The position numbers and the translations under genes are program-made. Below, piece by piece: positions 48,664-56,038 of a stretch of 64,000 nt of DNA (positions are counted from its first letter, which is position 1; every line of letters begins with the position of its first letter). The DNA is from Candidatus Woesearchaeota archaeon. Lineage in GTDB: Archaea > Nanobdellota > Nanobdellia > Pacearchaeales > GW2011-AR1. The stretch spans positions 128,663 through 192,662 of the forward strand of contig CAZJEO010000001.1 in NCBI GenBank assembly GCA_964545065.1, written 5' to 3'. The notes under the pieces are model-generated. The model was given only the letters and a program-made list of their open reading frames with translations. It did not search any database and was not told where the DNA came from.

Positions 48664-49332
48664 TTAAGAAAATAATTTTCTCTGCTTGTTTGCTGAAATT
48701 GCTCGTTTCCATGTTGACCATGTTTTTCTGAATATGCCTTTGTCTTCATATTTATGGGCGTGTTTTTCAAGAAATTTACAAGTTAAGGGGTCAGAGCAAT
48801 AACCAGAGCCAATGCTTTCGCCGTAAACTTTTTTTAATTTTGTCATTTCTTTTTCTCTTAAACACTTTGCTAAGATTGACGCAGCTGAAACAACTACATG
48901 ATTTTTATCTGCTTTGTGTTCGCAGGAAATTTCTAAATTAGATAGATTTTTTATTTTGGTTTTTAATAAGTCTTGCCATTTTTCTATACTGACTGAAGGA
49001 CAATCGATGACTACTTTTATTTTTTTAAAACCGCGGTTTATTTTGTTGATTATTTCTGCAGTTTTTATTGCCTCTAACTCATTTAGATTAATTCCATCAT
49101 GATTTGTTTGGTCGATTTCTTTTGGAAATGCCAAGGCCACTTCGAAAGTTTCTGCCTTTTCTTTTATTTTTTCAGAAAGAAATTCTCGTCTTTTTTGAGT
49201 TAATTGCTTGCTGTCTTTAATTCCTAATTTTTTGAATTCTTTTTCTGTTTTTTCATCTATTAAACAACCTGCGAGAATCATTGGTCCAATAACTGGACCG
49301 CGTCCTGCATCATCAATTCCTAGTGTTAACAT
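48664..49332 (-). CDS. rnhB: Ribonuclease HII
   Basis: GIDDAGRGPVIGP, DSKQL, KAD, SAASILAK, GSGY; start moved to ATG 49332. Confidence 0.95.
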   Translation of the reverse strand: MLTLGIDDAGRGPVIGPMILAGCLIDEKTEKEFKKLGIKDSKQLTQKRREFLSEKIKEKAETFEVALAFPKEIDQTNHDGINLNELEAIKTAEIINKINRGFKKIKVVIDCPSVSIEKWQDLLKTKIKNLSNLEISCEHKADKNHVVVSAASILAKCLREKEMTKLKKVYGESIGSGYCSDPLTCKFLEKHAHKYEDKGIFRKTWSTWKRAISANKQRKLFS

Positions 49333-49437
49333 CGGGAACCTCCAGCGGGTTCTTCGCAACTCCAGCTACCCAGCAGGAAGCTGACGAATTTAATTTCAAA
49401 CATTAAGATAAAAAATCAGAGAGGTTTTTAAGGTTTG

Positions 49438-49743
49438 CTAGAATTTGTACAAATATTTTTTCACATTTTGAACTTTTCCGAATTTTATAGGAATTCCTTC
49501 TTTTTTTAAGAACGCTATTTTATTTTTTGTTCCAGAAGCAAAACCTCCGACTTCTCCATTTGAATTTATGACCCTATGACATGGCACTTGTGGGGCGTAG
49601 GGGTTTTTGTTCATTGCTGTTCCTACGGCTTGATATGCTTTTGTGTTTAGTGCTTGAGCAAGAGCTTTGTAGGTTGTGATTTTTCCTTTTGGAACTTGCC
49701 TTAACAAGGCGTAACATTTTTCTGAGAATGATTTTTGTGGCAT
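49438..49743 (-). CDS. ogt: MGMT-family O6-alkylguanine repair protein
   Basis: VPKGKITTY, AVGTAM..NP, PCHRV; start moved to ATG 49743. Confidence 0.88.
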   Translation of the reverse strand: MPQKSFSEKCYALLRQVPKGKITTYKALAQALNTKAYQAVGTAMNKNPYAPQVPCHRVINSNGEVGGFASGTKNKIAFLKKEGIPIKFGKVQNVKKYLYKF

Positions 49744-49818
49744 TTTGAAAATAGCGGGGGCTGCTCGAGCCCACACTCAGAGTTATTAATTGTAATTTTC
49801 TCTCTTCGTGTAAACTCT

Positions 49819-49845
49819 TCCCAAGGGATGACCCAAGAAGGGCCT
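49819..49845 (+). mobile_element. 27-nt micro-element copy
   Basis: TCCCAAGGGATGACCCAAGAAGGGCCT; removing it restores a 20/21 match to 45653-45673. Confidence 0.85.
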
Positions 49846-49887
49846 CGGAATTTGAGTTCAAATCCCTTATTGATTTCATTTTAAAAA

Positions 49888-49963
49888 TAGCGGGGGCGGG
49901 ATTTGAACCACGCGACCTCCGGGTTATGGGCCCGACGAGCACTCCAGACTGCTCCACCCCGCT
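49888..49963 (-). tRNA. Initiator tRNA-Met(CAT)
   Basis: A1-U72 acceptor AGCGGGG/CCCCGCT; three G-C pairs next to the anticodon loop; CAT anticodon. Confidence 0.9.
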
Positions 49964-50047
49964 AATAATTGGTGTGTCAGATGACTTTTAAAGTTTTCTT
50001 AATCAAATAATAAAGCTTATAAGTTTAAGATTATATTCTAAAAGTAT

Positions 50048-50129
50048 GCCCAGATGGCGGAGTGGTTAACGCACTAGATTGCTAATCTAGACCCTTCGGG
50101 GTGCGTAGGTTCGAATCCTGCTCTGGGCG
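50048..50129 (+). tRNA. tRNA-Ser(GCT)
   Basis: GCCCAGA/TCTGGGC acceptor, CTAGA-TTGCTAA-TCTAG, variable arm CCC-TTCG-GGG, G73. Confidence 0.95.
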
Positions 50130-50138
50130 TATATTAAA

Positions 50139-50705
50139 ATGAAATTCATTATTATTCACGGATGTCCTTCAAATGCAGAGAAAGCTATGAGCCCTGAAAC
50201 AAGGACTTATGATAAACATTGGATTCCTTGGACTAAAAGAGAATTGTCTTCAAAAGGAATTGAAGTAGAAACACCCCTTATGCCTGAACCTTGGAAACCA
50301 GATTATAATAAATTTAAAGAGGAATTTGAAAAATATAGTGTTGGAGAAGATAGTGTATTAATTGGTCATAGTTGTGGATGTTCTTTTTTAGTTAGATGGC
50401 TTGGAGAAACAAAACAAAAAATAAATAAATTGATTCTTGTGGCACCGTGGAAAATTGAAGAAGGGGCTAGTGAATCTAAAAAAGCATTTTATGAATTCTC
50501 GATTGATACAACTATCAAAGATAGAGTTAAAGAAATCACAATGTTTACTGCTAATGATGAAGATGAAGATGGGAAGAAAGGTTTGAAAATGTTTCACGAA
50601 GCTTTTGGAGGGAAAATTATTGAACTTCAAGGAAGAGGACATTACACACTGGGGGACATGGGAACAGAAGAGTTTCCCGAATTAATCAAAGAAGCAACCC
50701 AATAA
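50139..50705 (+). CDS. RBBP9/YdeN-like alpha/beta hydrolase
   Basis: IIHG, W.PW, GHSCG nucleophile elbow, LILVAP, DD, GH. Confidence 0.85.
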   Translation: MKFIIIHGCPSNAEKAMSPETRTYDKHWIPWTKRELSSKGIEVETPLMPEPWKPDYNKFKEEFEKYSVGEDSVLIGHSCGCSFLVRWLGETKQKINKLILVAPWKIEEGASESKKAFYEFSIDTTIKDRVKEITMFTANDEDEDGKKGLKMFHEAFGGKIIELQGRGHYTLGDMGTEEFPELIKEATQ

Positions 50706-50735
50706 ATCAAACTTTAATATAAAATTATATATAAT

Positions 50736-50822
50736 ATTGCTAATCTAGACCCTTCGGGGTGCCCACGGTTTCCCAAGGAGGGATGACCTCGCTTTGCTCA
50801 GCCTCGAATCCTGCTCTGGACG
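50736..50822 (+). pseudogene. 3' half duplicate of tRNA-Ser interrupted by a 34-nt micro-element (50771-50804)
   Basis: ATTGCTAATCTAGACCCTTCGGGGTGC...GGTT[TCCCAAGGAGGGATGACCTCGCTTTGCTCAGCCT]CGAATCCTGCTCTGGACG. Confidence 0.88.
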
Positions 50823-50910
50823 TTTTTTTAATAATTCTCATTTAATTAAATTTATAAATAATAATTACTTATCATATTATATAAAAAAGAGTTGAAAGGG
50901 GGGTGATGAA

Positions 50911-51291
50911 ATGAAATTACAAGAGTTTGGGAAGTGGGCTTTTTTAGTTGGAATCGTTCTTTCCATAGCTTCAGCATTTACTGCTAATCAAATAGCACCT
51001 GCCACAATGACCTTATTCCTTTTCATAGTGGGTATGTTGGTAGGAATATTAAACGTAACTAAGAAAAATTCTATGACTTTCTTGATGGGAGTTTTAGTAT
51101 TGTTGATATTAGGTGTTGGAGGAATTAGTGCTCTAGCGAATATTTCCTGGTTAGGAATTTACACTCGTTTAGCATCTATGTTTGGTAGTTTCCTAACATT
51201 TGTTGGTGCTGCTGCATTGGTTATTGCTATAAGAGCTATAATTGATACTACTGAAAGTCCGAGAATAATTAGGAGGAAAAAGAAACGATAA
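50911..51291 (+). CDS. Four-TM membrane protein
   Basis: G.WAFLVG...VGILNV..FL pattern; GGTGA ribosome site upstream. Confidence 0.75.
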   Translation: MKLQEFGKWAFLVGIVLSIASAFTANQIAPATMTLFLFIVGMLVGILNVTKKNSMTFLMGVLVLLILGVGGISALANISWLGIYTRLASMFGSFLTFVGAAALVIAIRAIIDTTESPRIIRRKKKR

Positions 51292-51311
51292 TTTTTTATT
51301 TTTATTTTTTA

Positions 51312-52145
51312 TTATTTTTCAATCTCAGTTGTTCTCTTATACCTAATATAATTTTTATCTAAAATTTCTAATAACGGTTTTCTTTGCTCTTCGTTGCCGA
51401 TTCCTTTCCAATCTAGAACTACGAAATCAACTTCTTCTTCTGTTTTGTTTATGGCTTCTTGAATCATTTCTTCTTTAAATGGTAAAACATATTTTGGAAT
51501 GATGTGAGAAAAAGCTATGTTTGAGTTTAGCTGGAGTTTGTTGAAGTTGGGGCAGTAGTGTGGGCCACCTATTCCTACGGCAACTTCATTGTAAGGGTTT
51601 TCCTTGAATTCTGTTATTGTATCTGAAATTGTTTTTGCAATTACAAATCCTGCTCGTCTGTCTTGCCATTCTGTTTCTGTTGAACCTATTTCTATGAATA
51701 CGCAAGGTTTGTTTATGAGCGGACCGTGATGGGTTGCTTCTAAAGTTATTTTGTAATCTTGCAACTCGTATTTTTCTGTATTTTCATTTAGTTTTTCAAA
51801 CATTTGTTTTTGGAATAAAGCAGAAGTCTTACAAGCTTTTTCGGGTTTTCCTCCCATCTCTGGTTTTGTTGATAACCAATTTCCAGGAGCATGGATTGAA
51901 AGTGATTTTTCTTTTTTTTCTGATTGGTGTTTTGAAGCAAAGATGATAAAATCATATTGATTTATTTTTTCTTGGTCGATTCCTTTGTCATCTATAATTT
52001 CTGTATCAATTAAGTAAAAATCAAATGAGGGAGAATCTTTCATTGCAGATATGACTGGGTTTTGTTGGAATTGTGAAAGCTGTGTTGTAATATTTGTTCC
52101 TGCCAAATCTTTTTTACTGGCTACTATGAGATATTTTTTATACAT
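51312..52145 (-). CDS. dtdA: D-aminoacyl-tRNA deacylase, archaeal DTD2
   Basis: SKH.S, H.PGN, EATHHGP, FIEIGS, GGPHY. Confidence 0.92.
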   Translation of the reverse strand: MYKKYLIVASKKDLAGTNITTQLSQFQQNPVISAMKDSPSFDFYLIDTEIIDDKGIDQEKINQYDFIIFASKHQSEKKEKSLSIHAPGNWLSTKPEMGGKPEKACKTSALFQKQMFEKLNENTEKYELQDYKITLEATHHGPLINKPCVFIEIGSTETEWQDRRAGFVIAKTISDTITEFKENPYNEVAVGIGGPHYCPNFNKLQLNSNIAFSHIIPKYVLPFKEEMIQEAINKTEEEVDFVVLDWKGIGNEEQRKPLLEILDKNYIRYKRTTEIEK

Positions 52146-52203
52146 AATTAAAGAATAAATATGGGGAATTTAAAGTTTTGGGAAGGAAAGATAAACTTTA
52201 TAA

Positions 52204-52854
52204 ATGGCTTATTTTTGCAAGAGTATGCTAAAAGAATGTTATGAAAGAACAATACCCGGAAAGCTATTTAAACAGTTGAGACTCTCTGAAAAACTTAGAG
52301 ATATATTAATATTTGGTTGTGGATATGATCCCTTACCTAGATTTTTAGCAGCTTATACTAGAGATTTTCATATTGATTCAAGTATTCTTGGTTATGATAA
52401 GGATAGAGTTAAAATTGGGCAACATCTTGATTATGAAAGAAATGAATTTCCTAATTTAAGCTTTAGTTTTGAAATTCCTAAACGACAGTTTGAAACTGTG
52501 CTTGCAATAAATGTATTACACGAAAATCCAGAGAGATTATGTGAAGAGGTTAAAGATTTTACTCTGCCTGGAGGATTCATTGGAGTTTTGGATTATGATA
52601 TGAAAGAATATTCTAAATCTAGGGTAGATTTTTTTCAGAGATGGGGAAGACAGATTGATGAAAAAACAGAAAGAGAAAAAATAGGAAATGATGAAGCTTT
52701 TGCGATGCACACAAAATTTGGTCTAGAAGATTGCATAAAAATCTTTAATTCTCTCGGAACTGAAAAGGTAGCTTCAGAAGGCAAGATTAAAAGAACAGTT
52801 CGAGGAGATGTACTTCCCACTGAGCATTTTATATATGTTGGTAGAAAAGATTAA
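52204..52854 (+). CDS. Methyltransferase-fold protein
   Basis: ILIFGCG, GYD, NVLHE, PGGFIGVLDY. Confidence 0.6.
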   Translation: MAYFCKSMLKECYERTIPGKLFKQLRLSEKLRDILIFGCGYDPLPRFLAAYTRDFHIDSSILGYDKDRVKIGQHLDYERNEFPNLSFSFEIPKRQFETVLAINVLHENPERLCEEVKDFTLPGGFIGVLDYDMKEYSKSRVDFFQRWGRQIDEKTEREKIGNDEAFAMHTKFGLEDCIKIFNSLGTEKVASEGKIKRTVRGDVLPTEHFIYVGRKD

Positions 52855-52865
52855 TTACGAAATTC

Positions 52866-53378
52866 TTATCTCTTTATTTCTTTACCATCTTTTATTAATG
52901 TTGACGGTTTCCCATTTAGTTCTCCTCTATCTATGATGATATCTGCTTTCTCTAAAATTTGCTTTGGAATTTCTTTTATAGTTGTTGCAAAAGCCTCTCC
53001 TGCAAGATTAACAGAAGTTGTTATAAACGGAACTCCAGATTGTTCTACTTGTTTTGAAAAATCGCAATCAGGAATTCTTATTCCGATGAATTCTGTGGGA
53101 GAAATATGATTGAGAAAATTTGGATTTTTCTTTTTGAGAATTAAAGTGTATGGTCCTGGAAGATATTTATCTAATTCTACATCAACCATACAATTCTTTT
53201 TTATCCATTCTTTGCTTGGAGCAATTATTGAAAGAGGTTTGTCTCTATCTCTTGCTTTTATTTGTTTTATTTTCTCAACTGCTTGTTTATCTTCTGCATT
53301 ACATCCTATGCCATAAAGAGTATCTGTTGGGTAGATGAATATTTTTCCTGTAAGGATGGATTTGGTGTGGTTTTCCAT
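52866..53378 (-). CDS. L-threonylcarbamoyladenylate synthase, TsaC/YrdC (Sua5 N-domain only)
   Basis: YPTDTLYGIG, IKAR..KPL, PGPYT, IGIRIP, TTSVN, PST. Confidence 0.9.
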   Translation of the reverse strand: MENHTKSILTGKIFIYPTDTLYGIGCNAEDKQAVEKIKQIKARDRDKPLSIIAPSKEWIKKNCMVDVELDKYLPGPYTLILKKKNPNFLNHISPTEFIGIRIPDCDFSKQVEQSGVPFITTSVNLAGEAFATTIKEIPKQILEKADIIIDRGELNGKPSTLIKDGKEIKR

Positions 53379-53452
53379 ATTAGAGTGAAGAAAAGAGGAG
53401 TTAAAAAAATTTGTGTTGAAAAGATTACCATAAGGTTTATTAAGGAGTTTGA

Positions 53453-53692
53453 GTGATTTGGTTCATGGCAGAGATAGAAAATATTTTATCTGACGCTGGA
53501 ATTCGTGCTGGAATTTTGGCAGGAATTACATTTGTTGTAGCAGGTTGTGATATTACATCAAAAGCCAAAGAAGAGTATCTAACACTAAGAAAGAAATATT
53601 TTAGTGGGAGAAGACCCCAAGAACCTTGTTTTTGGAATATTTTAGTGGATAGATTATGTCCTCGAGATAGATATAAAAAGTATGTGTTATAA
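53453..53692 (+). CDS. Hypothetical protein
   Basis: Short ORF co-oriented with the next gene; start uncertain. Confidence 0.4.
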   Translation: MIWFMAEIENILSDAGIRAGILAGITFVVAGCDITSKAKEEYLTLRKKYFSGRRPQEPCFWNILVDRLCPRDRYKKYVL

Positions 53693-53700
53693 TTCAGGTT

Positions 53701-53940
53701 ATGCAAGAGGCGATAAAAATAGTTATTGGTGTTGTTCTTGTAATTCTTGGATTTCCAATAGGTAATTTGCTTGCTCGAATGACTAAAGAAGAGTTGAAAT
53801 CTGGGCAAAAATGGTTTAAGATTCTAATAATATTTAGTTTACTTGGAGGAATTGTGAGTTTGATTCTTGGGAAGGATGTTTTGCTCTTTAGTTTTTTATT
53901 TATAGCGATTGTTACTAGTAGAAGCTTGAAACATAGATGA
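53701..53940 (+). CDS. Small membrane protein
   Basis: G.PIG.LLA..TKEEL..G.KWF pattern with three hydrophobic segments. Confidence 0.7.
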   Translation: MQEAIKIVIGVVLVILGFPIGNLLARMTKEELKSGQKWFKILIIFSLLGGIVSLILGKDVLLFSFLFIAIVTSRSLKHR

Positions 53941-53974
53941 AAAGTCTTATAAAAGAGAAAATATCGTTAATAAT

Positions 53975-54646
53975 ATGGTAAATGTGGAACAAGCAGAAAG
54001 AAAAAGAATTTTGAATTTTGTGAGGGGTAGCTCTGTTTATCCTTTAGGTTATACAACAGAAGGAAATTTAGCGTTGAGGGAACAAACAAGTGGGGAGGAA
54101 TTATACACTAGTGATGTTAATTTTGCATTAGGAAACCCAGAAAAAGCATTTTTGGAAGCAGAAGAAGAACTTTATCCTGATAAATCATTAGTTCGGAAGA
54201 TTGTTGGAAGATGGCTAGAAAGACCGATGTACAATCAGGAGAGGAGAATTTTATCTTGGCAAGCAATAAGAAAATTTGCACAACCAAAATATCTTGAAGA
54301 TGGGAGAGTGAATGAGAATTACATTAATCTCGAGGAAGATAATGACACGACAAAAAGAATTCTAAACTCATGTGGAGCAAGAACATTAGAAATGTTCAAA
54401 AATGTTCAAAAATATATTCAGATAAGAGGAAATAAAAAAGGAGATTTGGTTTCTGAAATTGGGAAAAAGTATTTCAAAGAACTTCAAAAGGAATTGGCGC
54501 CTTATATTGACTCTATAAGGGTTTTGCAGGAACTTGAAAATCTAAGATTGATGGGGAGAAGAAGGATTCTATTAGAGGCTGTTAAAAAAATGGAAAATTC
54601 TAAATTAGTTAAAGAAGCAGAGGAAGCAGAATATTCTGGGTACTAA
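53975..54646 (+). CDS. Hypothetical protein
   Basis: 223-aa ORF with TTATAAAA about 25 bp upstream. Confidence 0.65.
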   Translation: MVNVEQAERKRILNFVRGSSVYPLGYTTEGNLALREQTSGEELYTSDVNFALGNPEKAFLEAEEELYPDKSLVRKIVGRWLERPMYNQERRILSWQAIRKFAQPKYLEDGRVNENYINLEEDNDTTKRILNSCGARTLEMFKNVQKYIQIRGNKKGDLVSEIGKKYFKELQKELAPYIDSIRVLQELENLRLMGRRRILLEAVKKMENSKLVKEAEEAEYSGY

Positions 54647-54652
54647 AATAAA

Positions 54653-55363
54653 ATGTTATACATAATTGGCTTAGGATTAAATCTTGGTGGAATTTCGCAG
54701 TTTGGACTTTCTGTTGTGAAGAAGTGTAAGAAAGTTTATCTCGAAAATTATACTGTTGAATTTAATTATTCAAAAGGTCAGTTGGAAGAAGCACTTGATA
54801 AAAAAATAATTGAAGCTGATAGGGAATTTGTTGAAGGTTTGGAAATTGTGGATGAGGCGAAAAAAATGGATGTTGCTTTACTTGTTTATGGTTCTCCGCT
54901 TACTGCTACGACTCATATTTCTTTAATTCAAGAAGCAAAAAGATTAGGAATTAAATACCAAGTGATTCATAATGCTTCTATCTTGGATGCGGTTGCTGAA
55001 ACTGGTTTACAACTTTACAAGTTTGGGAAAATTGCAAGTATGCCGGATTTTGAAGCAGACAGTTTTATGGATATTGTGAAAGAAAACCAATCTATTGGAG
55101 CGCATAGTTTAATTTTAATTGACATTGGATTGGAATTTAAAAAAGCAATTGAAAGATTGGAGAAAGTTGCTAATGAAAAAAATATTGAGATAGATAAATT
55201 AGTTGTTTGTTCAAAACTTGGAGCAAATGGAAAAAGAATACTTTATAATAAAATCAAAGATTTGCAGGATGAAGAAATTAGAGCTCCATTTTGTTTTGTG
55301 ATTCCTGGTAAATTGCATTTTGTTGAGAAAGAAGTTTTGGAAGGTTTTAATTCACAATTCTAA
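54653..55363 (+). CDS. dph5: Diphthine synthase
   Basis: MLYIIGLGL, YLENYT, ATTH, HNASI, GLQLYKFG. Confidence 0.93.
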   Translation: MLYIIGLGLNLGGISQFGLSVVKKCKKVYLENYTVEFNYSKGQLEEALDKKIIEADREFVEGLEIVDEAKKMDVALLVYGSPLTATTHISLIQEAKRLGIKYQVIHNASILDAVAETGLQLYKFGKIASMPDFEADSFMDIVKENQSIGAHSLILIDIGLEFKKAIERLEKVANEKNIEIDKLVVCSKLGANGKRILYNKIKDLQDEEIRAPFCFVIPGKLHFVEKEVLEGFNSQF

Positions 55364-55865
55364 TAGGAAAATTCTTCTGCAGAAAAGGTCTAATTTCATC
55401 TGTATATTCACAAGATTCCATAATTTTAAAATCCAAGATTCTTCCTTTAGGGTCATTGTTTCCAAGAAAAGATAATGGATATTGTTTACAAACCTGAGGT
55501 CTTCTTGGATCTTCATGTATTTCACAACCTTTATTCTGTTCATAAAAAGGACAACTATCAGCACACAAATACATTCCTTGCTGAAACAATTTTAGCTGAA
55601 CAAGAGAGGGTTTTTGGACCTCAGAGCCATTTTTTAAAAGTAATTTAGGACTAGTTCTTTTTTTATAATCCCTTAAAGACGATTTATCTAATTGTTTTCT
55701 TTTAATAATAGGACTTCCTTTTTTCTGAAAAAGACTTAAAGAATTTTCATCTATCAAAATTTTGTATCTTTGAGTATCACAACAAGTTCCTGAGCATTCA
55801 CTACAAAATTTATCTGAAATAGATTTTGACATCCTTGCATGTATTTTTTCATCTAAGTAACCCAT
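55347..55865 (-). CDS. YkgJ family Cys-cluster protein
   Basis: CSECSGTCC, CPF, C.IH..RP.VC..YP. Confidence 0.8.
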   Translation of the reverse strand: MGYLDEKIHARMSKSISDKFCSECSGTCCDTQRYKILIDENSLSLFQKKGSPIIKRKQLDKSSLRDYKKRTSPKLLLKNGSEVQKPSLVQLKLFQQGMYLCADSCPFYEQNKGCEIHEDPRRPQVCKQYPLSFLGNNDPKGRILDFKIMESCEYTDEIRPFLQKNFPIRIVN

Positions 55866-56038
55866 ATTTTCTAGGATGTCATAAGATTTAAAAAGTTATT
55901 GTTTTTATATAAAACATGGCTATGAAATCAATAAGTGATATTGAAATTTCTATCATAGCTAGCATTATAATTAAATAAGCAAACTGGCTTTTGGTTTGCA
56001 TCAATCATTTTAAAAATATTAAATACCATATAATAATT

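Noticed and set aside
49574..49957. 127-aa ORF spanning tRNA-iMet and ogt
   Set aside because: Reads through a tRNA gene and the repeat patchwork; spurious.
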